From the IMG/VR virus record IMGVR_UViG_3300025598_000020: a stretch of DNA of 64,000 nt. One strand, given 5' to 3'. The translations under genes were made by a program, and so were the position numbers. Positions within the stretch are counted from its first letter, which is position 1. Each line of letters begins with the position of its first letter. The notes beneath the pieces are model-generated. The model was not told the origin of the DNA, made no database searches, and saw only the letters and a list, made by a program, of their open reading frames with translations. Positions 30,755 through 40,114 of the stretch are shown one piece after another. The stretch comes from a virus.

Positions 30755-31794
30755 TATCGTAATCCAGCAACAGAATTTGGTGAAGTTGTAACAGTTGGTG
30801 AACCGACAGTTGCACCATAACCAGCAGCAATTTTTGCTTTTGTAACAATTTCAATTTCTTGGAATGATAGTGACAATTGTGTTTGAACAGGTGCACCATC
30901 ATTGTGAGCTGCAAAACCATTTGGTGCATAATTGACATCAATATCAGTTAATACACAATCACCATATCTCGGTAAAAATTGATTCTCATTATTATTGAAC
31001 ATAAATTCAATATTGAAGAAAGATGGTGGTATAAAGAACATACCACTAACTGCATTACCGGCTAACAGTAAGTCTGGTGCAAAATGGTATTTAAACGTTC
31101 CAATAATTTGATTAACCATTGTTGCTTCTGCTTGAGATGCTGGTGTAAACACAAAGTTTAATTGAAATTTTCTAAAACCAAGACCACGATAAATGACTTG
31201 CAATTGTGGGTTAATAGCAAAACCTTGTGAATTAAGTGCAATGTCGGTAACTCCACTACCACTTAAATCTATTGAAGTTTTGCCCACTTTTATGTTACTC
31301 AAAAATTTATTAAACGAAGATGCACCTGCATAAATTGCTGCTGGGTCAGAAGCACTAGCCGATGCTGAATTTTTTGATGCATTATCTTTTCCAGCAAATG
31401 ATTGTATAGCTTGTAAACCTTGAATACCTTTACCCAAATCGTTTGTTATACTCAATTCGTCATAAGAAGCATTGTATGATGCAGTCAAACTATCTGGCAT
31501 GTATAAACAAATTACACCGACCGCATCTTGAACTGGGGTTTGAAAGTTCAATGATAATAATCTATCGATAACTCCTTTTGATTCTGTGGAATCTGGGTTT
31601 GTGCTAGATACTGGTGTTGACGGATTTACTTTTTTGATAGAAAACTTAACGTAATGGTTTTTAGTTGAAGAACCCAAATCGGCTGGATAAACCAATGGTG
31701 TCAGACCTGGACTTTTTTGATCCAAGGCGGCTAAAGGTCCAGTGGTCTGGTCTGCTGATGGTCCAGTTGAAATGGAAGTTATATCTATTGCCAT
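30754..31794 (-). CDS. Baseplate tail tube cap gp48
   Basis: LYMP, NP....YRG..FR.F..F.F.P.S..EA and L.L.F.E motifs. Confidence 0.85.
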   Translation of the reverse strand: MAIDITSISTGPSADQTTGPLAALDQKSPGLTPLVYPADLGSSTKNHYVKFSIKKVNPSTPVSSTNPDSTESKGVIDRLLSLNFQTPVQDAVGVICLYMPDSLTASYNASYDELSITNDLGKGIQGLQAIQSFAGKDNASKNSASASASDPAAIYAGASSFNKFLSNIKVGKTSIDLSGSGVTDIALNSQGFAINPQLQVIYRGLGFRKFQLNFVFTPASQAEATMVNQIIGTFKYHFAPDLLLAGNAVSGMFFIPPSFFNIEFMFNNNENQFLPRYGDCVLTDIDVNYAPNGFAAHNDGAPVQTQLSLSFQEIEIVTKAKIAAGYGATVGSPTVTTSPNSVAGLR

Positions 31795-31827
31795 TAATTT
31801 CTCTAAAAAAGATTATACATACTATTT

Positions 31828-32262
31828 ATGGCTTATTCTGGCAAATTTACACCTAAGAATCCACAGAAGTACGTGGGTGACTATACCAATATTATTTATC
31901 GCTCGTCTTGGGAGGCGAGGGTGATGACTTGGCTCGACAAAGAACCAAGTATAGTATCATGGGCTTCAGAAGAACTTATAGTACCTTACATTTCACCTGT
32001 GGATGGTAAAAAACATAGGTATTTTCCAGATTTTCTGGTCAAAGTTAGAAACAAAGACGGTCAGTTAAAGACCATGTTGATTGAGATTAAACCTAAAAAA
32101 CAGGCTATGGAACCTGTTAAGAAGAAAAGAGTTACTAAACAATATATCCAAGAAGTGGTTACTTATAGTGTCAACCAAGCCAAATGGAAGGCTGCAACCG
32201 AATATTGTTTAGACAGAGGTTGGGATTTCAAAGTTTTGACTGAAGAACATCTTGGATTCTAA
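31828..32262 (+). CDS. Head completion protein gp4 (TnsA-like nuclease fold)
   Basis: YSGKF.P.NP.KY.GD...I.YRSSWE, HRYFPDF, EIKP, NQAKW.AA. Confidence 0.9.
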   Translation: MAYSGKFTPKNPQKYVGDYTNIIYRSSWEARVMTWLDKEPSIVSWASEELIVPYISPVDGKKHRYFPDFLVKVRNKDGQLKTMLIEIKPKKQAMEPVKKKRVTKQYIQEVVTYSVNQAKWKAATEYCLDRGWDFKVLTEEHLGF

Positions 32263-32274
32263 CCTAAATATATT

Positions 32275-32904
32275 ATGACTTCAAAACTTACATCACTCGC
32301 AGAAGCAAAGAAACTAAATGGACATAAAACTATGTCCAAAGATGCCGTATCTTGGCTTCAAGATAAGATAGATGAGATTAAAAGACCGTCTGCAATACCA
32401 AATACTATTAAAGGTGAGGTAAACAGACACAAACAACAAGGCCAGTTAAGAATTGGCATGTTATATTGTTATTATTATGACCCTAAGACTAAAGATGATT
32501 TGCCATATTGGGACAGATTTCCAATGGTGTTGGTCTTAGAAAAGTATAATGATGGATTTCTTGGTTTAAATTTGCACTACTTGCCAGTCAGATATCGTAT
32601 TGCATTTTTACAGAAGTTAATGAAGTATGCTCAGTTGACACCTGAACAAGATATTAGAAGAATGAGAATTTCTTATGATATCTTACAGTCAACCAAAAGA
32701 TTTGCAGAGTTTAGGCCATGTTTGAAACGATATTTGTTTAGTCATATGAGGTCTAGATTGTTGATGATAGAACCTGATGAGTGGGATGTAGCAACCATGT
32801 TACCTATCCAACAATTTAGAGGTGCAAAACCACAAAAAGTTTGGATGGATTCAGTAAAAGAGTACAAAGAGCATATGGCTCATTTTAACCAAGACGAAGA
32901 ATAA
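32275..32904 (+). CDS. DNA end protector protein gp2
   Basis: YDPKTK..LPYWDRFP, GFLGLNLHYLP, PCLKRYL..H. Confidence 0.9.
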   Translation: MTSKLTSLAEAKKLNGHKTMSKDAVSWLQDKIDEIKRPSAIPNTIKGEVNRHKQQGQLRIGMLYCYYYDPKTKDDLPYWDRFPMVLVLEKYNDGFLGLNLHYLPVRYRIAFLQKLMKYAQLTPEQDIRRMRISYDILQSTKRFAEFRPCLKRYLFSHMRSRLLMIEPDEWDVATMLPIQQFRGAKPQKVWMDSVKEYKEHMAHFNQDEE

Positions 32905-33683
32905 TGGCACTAGTAGACTTTATTTCATCTTTCACAACTGATGTAGCAAGACCTAATAAGTTTGATGCTACTATTGTTGTTCCTGGTCTGTTAAGAGACT
33001 ATAATCCAATACTACGCAACCTAACTTTGCGTTGTGAAGCTACTGAATTGCCTGGTAGAACATTTGGTACAGTAGAACAAAAGTTTGGTTCTAATCCAAC
33101 AACCAAATTTCCAATGCATTCATCATACAATGACCTAACAATGACATTTATTGTATCTGGTGATATGTCTGAAAAAACATTTTTTGATGTATGGATGGAA
33201 TATATTAATCCAACCACATCATTTGACTTTGATTATAAACAAAACTTTGCTGGCACAATCAACATTAAACAATACGACCTGCAAGATGTAATTGTTTATT
33301 CTGTTAACCTCTTTAATGCATATCCTATTGCCGTCAATCAAATGGATTTAGATTGGTCTAATGACGGTTTTCATAAACTGACTGTGGTTTTTGCTTATGA
33401 TTACTGGCAAAATGCTGGTATCGAAAATCTAGGAAACTTATTGCCAGCATACAATCAATCAGGTTTATCATTTAATTCATTCTTTGACCAAGGCACAGCA
33501 AGTGATTTCTTTACACCACAAATTGCTACCAATACATTGACAACAATTCCTGACAATCAATACGACCAGTCTTTAGTTGATTCTTTTGCAGAACAACAAC
33601 GTGCTGAAGCTGCTGCAAATTATGAAGCAGAACAAGAACAGAATCAAGCAGCAATTGATGCTGCTTTATCTGGAGAAGAATAA
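32904..33683 (+). CDS. Baseplate tail tube initiator gp54 (tube-like)
   Basis: ARPNKF, CE..ELPG, F..W, AYP....L.W, L.V.FAY..W. Confidence 0.8.
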   Translation: MALVDFISSFTTDVARPNKFDATIVVPGLLRDYNPILRNLTLRCEATELPGRTFGTVEQKFGSNPTTKFPMHSSYNDLTMTFIVSGDMSEKTFFDVWMEYINPTTSFDFDYKQNFAGTINIKQYDLQDVIVYSVNLFNAYPIAVNQMDLDWSNDGFHKLTVVFAYDYWQNAGIENLGNLLPAYNQSGLSFNSFFDQGTASDFFTPQIATNTLTTIPDNQYDQSLVDSFAEQQRAEAAANYEAEQEQNQAAIDAALSGEE

Positions 33684-33709
33684 TTTTATTTTTAATGGAG
33701 TGAATTATA

Positions 33710-34435
33710 ATGGCTTTACCTAAAATTGATGTGCCAATCTATGAATTGGATTTACCACTTTCTAAAAAGAAGATTCGTTTTAGACCATTCTTGGTTAAAG
33801 AACAACGAAATCTTATGATGGCCATGGAGGCCGATGATAAAGAAACAATTGAAAAGAACATCAAACAAGTTCTACACAATTGTACCTTGACAGAAAATAT
33901 TGATATTGAATCATTGCCTATCATTGACATTGAATTTTACTTTTTGAACCTACGTGCAAGGTCAGTAGGTGAAATCGTAGAAAACAAGTATCGTTGTGAG
34001 AATGAAGTTGATGGTAAGAAATGTAACAACTTGATGGATTCTAAAGTTAATCTATTGGACGTTAAAGTTGACATGACCAATGTGCCAGATAAAGATATTA
34101 AGTTAACTAATACTATCAGTGTTGGCATGAAGTATCCAGAATTCTCCATTCTAGAACGTGCAACAAGGTTTGAAAATCCAACAGACATGGCTTTTGATAT
34201 GATTGTTGAAAGTATTGAATACATTTTTGATGGTGACCAATATTACTATGCAAAAGAATCGAGTCCTGGTGAATTAATTGAGTTTGTTGAATCATTAAAC
34301 CAAGAACAGTTTGCAAAAATTGAAGAATTCTTTAGTAATTTACCAAAGTTAAATAAGAAGATAGAATTGACCTGCAAGAAATGTAAGTTTCATCACACTA
34401 TTGAAGTGGAGGGCTTGGACAGTTTTTTCGGTTAA
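33710..34435 (+). CDS. Baseplate hub assembly protein gp26
   Basis: MALPKI..P.YEL.LP, FRPFLVKE, RARSVGE; C-term EGL.SFF. Confidence 0.9.
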   Translation: MALPKIDVPIYELDLPLSKKKIRFRPFLVKEQRNLMMAMEADDKETIEKNIKQVLHNCTLTENIDIESLPIIDIEFYFLNLRARSVGEIVENKYRCENEVDGKKCNNLMDSKVNLLDVKVDMTNVPDKDIKLTNTISVGMKYPEFSILERATRFENPTDMAFDMIVESIEYIFDGDQYYYAKESSPGELIEFVESLNQEQFAKIEEFFSNLPKLNKKIELTCKKCKFHHTIEVEGLDSFFG

Positions 34436-34437
34436 CG

Positions 34438-34617
34438 ATGCGGCATGACAACTTGAGAAACTATTATACAACTAATTTCTCACTCATGCAGCATCACAAG
34501 TACAGTTTGATTGAACTTGAGAATATGATTCCTTGGGAAAGGGACATTTACGTTGCTATGCTTATACAATACATTGAACAAGAAAACGAAAAGATTAAGC
34601 AAAAGCAAAGTAGATGA
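34438..34617 (+). CDS. Baseplate hub assembly catalyst gp51 (59 aa, below track cut-off)
   Basis: MRHDNLRNYYTTNFSLMQHHKYSLIELENMIPWERDIYVAML...; NF.LMQHHKYSL.E.ENM.PWER is the gp51 signature. Confidence 0.88.
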   Translation: MRHDNLRNYYTTNFSLMQHHKYSLIELENMIPWERDIYVAMLIQYIEQENEKIKQKQSR

Positions 34618-36239
34618 CACAATCCAGCAGTAAAGATTTGCAAAAAGACCTTGATGCACTCAATCAAAAGATTGCGGACAAAAACCGTCATGAGTCTTAT
34701 GAAAAAGCATCCGAAATGAGAAATCGTGGTGTGATTGGTAATATCACCGACAATATAATTGCCGGCAACAGTATTCGTGGTTCTATCAAATCTGGTATTT
34801 CTGATACATTCAAGGCCAAAATGACTGGTCTTAAAGAGAAGTTTGACCCAATCAACATTGCAAAAACCTTTACAGGTAATCTCGGTGCAGCCGTTGTTGG
34901 TAAATTAACATCTAGAAGTGCGGGAGACATTTCACATTTTACTGGCATTAAGTCGAGTATGGGTGATGAAAATAAAGTTGGTTCTGTTGATACAGCATTC
35001 TATACCACAGTAACAAGAGGTAACCGATTAAGAAGAGGTGATAGTCTATCTGATATCGCCACAAAATTGTTTTCATTCATGCAAACAACACGTGAAGAAA
35101 AACAAAAACAATATGAATTGAATAAAGATTTCGATAAAACCAAACACGAAAAAGATAAAGAAAGACATGAACAGTTACTAGAGGCTATAGAAGAGTCTAA
35201 AAGTAGGGAAATTCCAGAAAAAATGGAAAAGCCTAAAGAAGAACCTAGAAAATCTGAAACTACGACTCCAACCGAACCTCCTAAACCTTCTACTGCAAAA
35301 CCAGTAGAGGCGCCTAAACCTACAGTTAAACCTACAGTTAAACCAGTTGAGGCTGAAGCTCCAATTGCTCCACCCAAAACAACATCATCTGTTTCACAAA
35401 CCGTTGTTCAAAAAGCAAAAGAAATAATTACACCAAGTGCAGTATCAACTGCCGCAAAAGTTGCTATTGGTGTGACCGCAGCTGTTACACCAACCACATT
35501 AGGTGATTTGATTGCTAAAAAAGGTGAATCTGGCAAAGCAGGTTATAATGCTGCTAACATGGGTACCAAAGGTGGTAAGATTCAAGGATTAAAACAACCT
35601 GTGAACTTAGAACAACTGACGGTTGGTGAAGTCATGGAAAGACAAGCAATCAAATGGGGTTCTAAAGACGAAGATAAAAAGTTATTTGCCGTTGGTAAAT
35701 ATCAAGTTATTCCAGGAACATTAAAAGATGCTGTTACTGCATTAGGTATCAGTAAGAGTGATCCTTTTGATGCCAAAACTCAGGAAAGAATCTTTAATGA
35801 TTACTTATTAAAGGTTAGAAAACCTTCTTTGCAAGCCTACCTGGTTAGTAAGGAAGATGATCCTGTGTTGTTAAAGAAAGCAATACATGAATTGTCCTTA
35901 GAATGGGCATCTATTGCTGATCCTAATATTCCTGGTGGTACAACCTCACATTATGGTAGTGGTAATAAAGCATCTATTTTTGTTTCCGAAATGGAAAAAA
36001 CATTAAGACTGGAAAGAGAAAAGAATAATAGAACTACCGCAGCACCAACAACCTCATCTTCTGGTATTGGTGAAAGATTGACCAAATCTTCTGTGCAGAA
36101 TCAGGAATTGACTGAGACAACACCATCAAACCTTGTGGTAGTAAATAATTCCGTAACAGCTATTAGTGGTGGAGTAGTAAACAAACAGATAATGAGTACT
36201 CCACCTAAAGACATTAAACCAACTTACATGGCAAACTAA
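34614..36239 (+). CDS. Tape-measure/hub-like protein with lysozyme-like domain
   Basis: GES..YNA.N, AVGKYQ.IP.TL, FD..TQE and EWAS motifs after a Pro/Lys-rich linker. Confidence 0.65.
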   Translation: MTQSSSKDLQKDLDALNQKIADKNRHESYEKASEMRNRGVIGNITDNIIAGNSIRGSIKSGISDTFKAKMTGLKEKFDPINIAKTFTGNLGAAVVGKLTSRSAGDISHFTGIKSSMGDENKVGSVDTAFYTTVTRGNRLRRGDSLSDIATKLFSFMQTTREEKQKQYELNKDFDKTKHEKDKERHEQLLEAIEESKSREIPEKMEKPKEEPRKSETTTPTEPPKPSTAKPVEAPKPTVKPTVKPVEAEAPIAPPKTTSSVSQTVVQKAKEIITPSAVSTAAKVAIGVTAAVTPTTLGDLIAKKGESGKAGYNAANMGTKGGKIQGLKQPVNLEQLTVGEVMERQAIKWGSKDEDKKLFAVGKYQVIPGTLKDAVTALGISKSDPFDAKTQERIFNDYLLKVRKPSLQAYLVSKEDDPVLLKKAIHELSLEWASIADPNIPGGTTSHYGSGNKASIFVSEMEKTLRLEREKNNRTTAAPTTSSSGIGERLTKSSVQNQELTETTPSNLVVVNNSVTAISGGVVNKQIMSTPPKDIKPTYMAN

Positions 36240-37984
36240 TGAAAACATTAACAAAAAAATTACAAGAAGAAATCTTTGTATGGGATGCAAATGCTTTTGG
36301 TGGCAAAGGTTATTGGTTTGTGTTGGGTAAAAATGGTGGGTATGGTAAGGCTGCCAGTAAAAAAGAAGCGGACATTTTGGGTAAACCAGAAATACCTAAA
36401 GAAACCGCAACACAAGAAACTGCATCAATAAGGCCTGTTAGTAATAACATTAAAGAAATACCTGTAAAAGAAACACTAGAACAGGCACCCGTAACTAATA
36501 TTATCAAAGAAGTTAATAACACAGAAACCATCATAAGAGAAGTTTCAAGTTATAATGAAGCTGCTCAGGTTAGAAAAACTAAATTGTCTGACCTCATTGC
36601 CAAAAAAATTATTGAAGGTGGTAACATTGGTTCTTCTATTAAATCTAGCATATCAGAAAAATCAAGAGCAAGATTAACGGGAATCAAAGAGGTATTTGAT
36701 CCACTAAACATCGCAAAAAAATTAACTGGCAATCTTGGTACAGCCATGTTAGGACGTGCAACTGGAAGAAAACAAGAAGATATTGAACACTTTACCGGAA
36801 ACAAAGCTCTGTATACTAAAGTGGCAGAAGGACAAAAACAAAAAGTCCTAAAAGGTGATAGTGTTGCTAATGTGTTTGGTAAACTTTATAACTTAATGAA
36901 ACAATACCATGAAGAAGATGTTACTCGCATGGAATTGGAAAGAAGTGCCAAGAAATTTAGAGAAGAAGAAGAACAAACTTGGCACGAAGAGATTATTGCT
37001 GCACTAATGGGTAAAGGAACAAAACAAAAAAAACAAACCGCAAACAAAGAAGAAAACAAAAGTTGGTTTGATAAGATAAAAGAATTGTTTCAGGAATGGC
37101 AATCACTTAAAGATGTCTTTAATATATTAAAGAAAATAGGTTCCAATGTTTGGAAAGGAATAGTAACTATCGGTGAAGCATTACTTGCTCCTGCAACCTT
37201 ATGGTTATTAACTATTGGTGCATCTACAGTTATGGCTTATTTCTTAGGCACCAAATTAAAAAATGCAATTGAAGAATCTCAGGCAAAACAAGCGGAAAAA
37301 CTTGGTGGTCCTGAAGCAGTTAAGGCATTACAAGAAGAACAAAATAGTCGTAATGCATTAAACGAAAGTGGTATGCCAAATGAAGATGAATCTGCAGCAG
37401 TAGATAGAAAAGAAGCAGCTATCCAAAAGAAACAGGATGCCATTGGAACATACATGCTTCAAAAAGGTTATGACAGATATAATGTCAAAAATTTATGGGG
37501 TGGAAAAACTTTTGATTATGTCTATAGAAAAGGTGGACCAAATGGTCAATTAGCACCACAATCCTTAGTTGATGAAGCGGAAAAATATGTTTCAGAAAAT
37601 AGACAATTTCCAGCTCCCGTATCAACTGCAACGAAGATGAAATTACCTAAAGAAGTTGCACCATCTACTGCTGGTGCTGGTAGAGGTTCATCCGAATCGG
37701 CCTCAACAGACGTAAGGCGAGTTGATATTCCAAGAGAGACAGCAATACCAACAGCACCTGCAGCAAATCCTTTAGGTGAAAGGGTGCAAGGTGTTATTAG
37801 TAAAAATAATGATATGAGGATGGAACAAAATATAGCTGCGAAAACTACTGTTATTGATAACTCAAAAAATATTACTGCTGGTGGTGGTTCAACAACAGAA
37901 GATATTACTACAAGTGCTATACCTGTTCGTAATGATGAAGATACCTGGATGAAATTGCAGAGATTGAATTACAGAGCGGTATAA
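36239..37984 (+). CDS. Tape-measure-like protein, paralog of the upstream gene
   Basis: Shares SIKS.IS...TG.KE.FDP.NIAK..TGNLG.A..G...I.HFTG with 34614..36239; contains a hydrophobic segment. Confidence 0.55.
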   Translation: MKTLTKKLQEEIFVWDANAFGGKGYWFVLGKNGGYGKAASKKEADILGKPEIPKETATQETASIRPVSNNIKEIPVKETLEQAPVTNIIKEVNNTETIIREVSSYNEAAQVRKTKLSDLIAKKIIEGGNIGSSIKSSISEKSRARLTGIKEVFDPLNIAKKLTGNLGTAMLGRATGRKQEDIEHFTGNKALYTKVAEGQKQKVLKGDSVANVFGKLYNLMKQYHEEDVTRMELERSAKKFREEEEQTWHEEIIAALMGKGTKQKKQTANKEENKSWFDKIKELFQEWQSLKDVFNILKKIGSNVWKGIVTIGEALLAPATLWLLTIGASTVMAYFLGTKLKNAIEESQAKQAEKLGGPEAVKALQEEQNSRNALNESGMPNEDESAAVDRKEAAIQKKQDAIGTYMLQKGYDRYNVKNLWGGKTFDYVYRKGGPNGQLAPQSLVDEAEKYVSENRQFPAPVSTATKMKLPKEVAPSTAGAGRGSSESASTDVRRVDIPRETAIPTAPAANPLGERVQGVISKNNDMRMEQNIAAKTTVIDNSKNITAGGGSTTEDITTSAIPVRNDEDTWMKLQRLNYRAV

Positions 37985-38015
37985 AAAACCCCGCACTAGG
38001 CGGGGTCTGTATTTT
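37983..38015. terminator. Probable bidirectional intrinsic terminator
   Basis: aaaaaa-ccccgc-actag-gcgggg-tctgtatttt between convergent genes. Confidence 0.75.
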
Positions 38016-38889
38016 AGTCATCAGCCAACTTGCTGAAATAGGCCAAATCGTCATCATCAGTAACCAACTCAGGTTCTTCCTGAACTGGTTTCTTAGGTGC
38101 AGACTTCAATGTCTCTACTGTGGTTTTAGGCATTGGTGTATCACCATTCAAACCTAGAACCTTTTCAAGGCGAGCCTTCAAGTCATCATAAGACTTGAAT
38201 TCTTTGTCTGCAACCAACTCTGCAAGAGAGTGTTCTGACTTCCAAATCTTTTCCAATTCATCGTCATCATCAAGCAATGCTGATGGTGCAGCGAATTCAG
38301 ACTTGTCATAGTTTTGATAACCAGCAACCTTGGTGATACGCAACTTGAAGTTAGCACCAGTCCACATATCAAATGGATTGATTGCTGTCTCATCTTCAAA
38401 AGCAGGATTCATTGCACCTGTAATCTTCTCAAAAATCTTAGCACCGAACTTGAACAACTTAACTTGTCCTTCATTCTCTGGATGCTTAGGATCAGAAACG
38501 ATATACACGTTAGCAATGTAATTCAACTTACGTTTTTGCTTACGAACGATTTCTTTGTTGGCTTCAATGCCAGAATTCCACAACTTGTTATTGTGTTCAC
38601 ACACAGGACATTGTTGATTCTTGGTTGTGAGGCAGTTATCAATTAACCAACCGCCAGGACCTTGAAAGCCGTGACCAAAAATCTTGACCCATGGCAATGC
38701 ATCATCACCATCTACTGCTGGTGCCGGCAAGAAACGGAAGACAGCAGAACCGTTCCCAATTTTGTCAACCTCGCACTTCCAGTAGTTGTCTTTGTTATCT
38801 GGCGCACCTGTGGAATTTAGTGCTTCAACGGCTTTGGCCAATTTATCCAAGTTGCCTGAGTTTCTTTTAAGATTTGCAAATGATGTCAT
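38014..38889 (-). CDS. Single-stranded DNA-binding protein gp32
   Basis: GNGSAV.RFLPAP, HGFQGPGGW.I.NC.TT, CPVC, GANFKL, YF.KLA acidic tail. Confidence 0.95.
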   Translation of the reverse strand: MTSFANLKRNSGNLDKLAKAVEALNSTGAPDNKDNYWKCEVDKIGNGSAVFRFLPAPAVDGDDALPWVKIFGHGFQGPGGWLIDNCLTTKNQQCPVCEHNNKLWNSGIEANKEIVRKQKRKLNYIANVYIVSDPKHPENEGQVKLFKFGAKIFEKITGAMNPAFEDETAINPFDMWTGANFKLRITKVAGYQNYDKSEFAAPSALLDDDDELEKIWKSEHSLAELVADKEFKSYDDLKARLEKVLGLNGDTPMPKTTVETLKSAPKKPVQEEPELVTDDDDLAYFSKLADD

Positions 38890-38959
38890 ATTATTTCCTT
38901 TGTATAACGGTATATAAAAAATATTAGCGGTTTGTCCACTTTATGCATAACGAAAATTT

Positions 38960-38988
38960 ATTGTAACACAGTATTTGAACCATGTCAA
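38960..38988 (-). promoter_or_regulatory. Sigma70-type promoter for gp32
   Basis: TTGACA-17-TACAAT on the minus strand. Confidence 0.75.
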
Positions 38989-38993
38989 CATAT

Positions 38994-39548
38994 TTATGTG
39001 GCATTTTTACAATTGCTGAAATGATATCTTGTCATATTTGAACCTTTTCCTGTTAAGTTACAATGAGGACAAGTTACCGATTTCAGTGTTTTTGGTTTGC
39101 CTTTTAGTGAGTTTGCAATTTTTTGTTTTTGTTCTTCGGTATGTTTTTTACCAAGATGTGATATGCTCAAATTTTTCAAATGAGATTCACTAAATTTCAT
39201 TCCTTTTCTGGAATCACTTAGTTTTTTTCTGGATTCTTCTGATAAATTTCCTCCACTACCTCCTGTTTTGGTATTGTAACCATAAGGTGAAAGTGTATTA
39301 TATTCATTGATAAAGAAATCTTCCATTACTGACAATGTATATAATTTGTCTTTGGATTGATAAAGAACTTCCCACACAAAGTTTTCAAATCCATGTTTGT
39401 TTATGGAATTATAGAACAAATAATTTCGTTTACTTGTTTTTGCCGTGTGTTTATGTATTCTTTTTCTTTGAGACCAATTTGAGGAATAACCAATATATGA
39501 TTTGCCGGTAATGGTGTTTGTGGCTTTATAGATAGAATAAATAACCAT
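38994..39548 (-). CDS. Free-standing GIY-YIG homing endonuclease (Seg-like, NUMOD3 repeats)
   Basis: SIYKATN..TGKSYIG, GYN...GG, HTEE.KQKI, C-terminal CPHC..HF..C. Confidence 0.85.
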   Translation of the reverse strand: MVIYSIYKATNTITGKSYIGYSSNWSQRKRIHKHTAKTSKRNYLFYNSINKHGFENFVWEVLYQSKDKLYTLSVMEDFFINEYNTLSPYGYNTKTGGSGGNLSEESRKKLSDSRKGMKFSESHLKNLSISHLGKKHTEEQKQKIANSLKGKPKTLKSVTCPHCNLTGKGSNMTRYHFSNCKNAT

Positions 39549-39615
39549 GCTGACATTCCTTTACAATGTTAGAGTAGGTAGATACTGGTAATATCGTGAC
39601 CTACACTTATTTATA
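39549..39615 (-). promoter_or_regulatory. Late promoter plus structured leader (copy 1)
   Basis: TATAAATAAGTGTAGGTC-N18-ACCTACTCTAACA..AAGGAA..TCAGC-ATG, same scaffold as 60752..60820. Confidence 0.8.
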
Positions 39616-39619
39616 AAGG

Positions 39620-40114
39620 TTACACTCGTAACAATGCGTCCAAGATACTAATTGTTGTCAAGGCATCCTTGTGAAGAATGCCAGTACCACCTGCTTTATT
39701 CCAATCATCAATAACAGAAGGTGTGTCATCAATGATTATGGAATTTTCGTCAGCAAATTTATACTTGAACTGTTTGCCAGGTACAAAGTTTGCAGGATAG
39801 TTAATGCTGTGTTTACGAAGCCAAACTTCTTTTTGACGAGAAATTTCTGCATTGTTAATTGGTCTTGCAGTAGAAGAAAGAATCTCTACAGGAGGAACAG
39901 GTTGATATTTAAGATAATCTAAAAGAACGTTTGCATCAGGCATCAAATCAAGGTTCTGAAACTCTTTGTTTTGAATAAAGATTGCAAACCTTTGGCCAAA
40001 GCGTTTACGAGCATCATCACTTGATGGACTTGTATTATACAACTCATGGTATCTTTTATGGAAATCGGCAATTACACCATCAAGGTCCAAATAAATCTTA
40101 GTAAACTTATGCAT
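39620..40114 (-). CDS. HAD-family 5'(3')-deoxyribonucleotidase-like protein
   Basis: IYLDLDGVIADF, ILSS, K..W, IIIDD. Confidence 0.8.
   Translation of the reverse strand: MHKFTKIYLDLDGVIADFHKRYHELYNTSPSSDDARKRFGQRFAIFIQNKEFQNLDLMPDANVLLDYLKYQPVPPVEILSSTARPINNAEISRQKEVWLRKHSINYPANFVPGKQFKYKFADENSIIIDDTPSVIDDWNKAGGTGILHKDALTTISILDALLRV

Noticed and set aside
31828-32262. Tn7 TnsA transposase
   Set aside because: Motifs and synteny with gp2 and gp48 identify it as T4 gp4; no other Tn7 genes are present.
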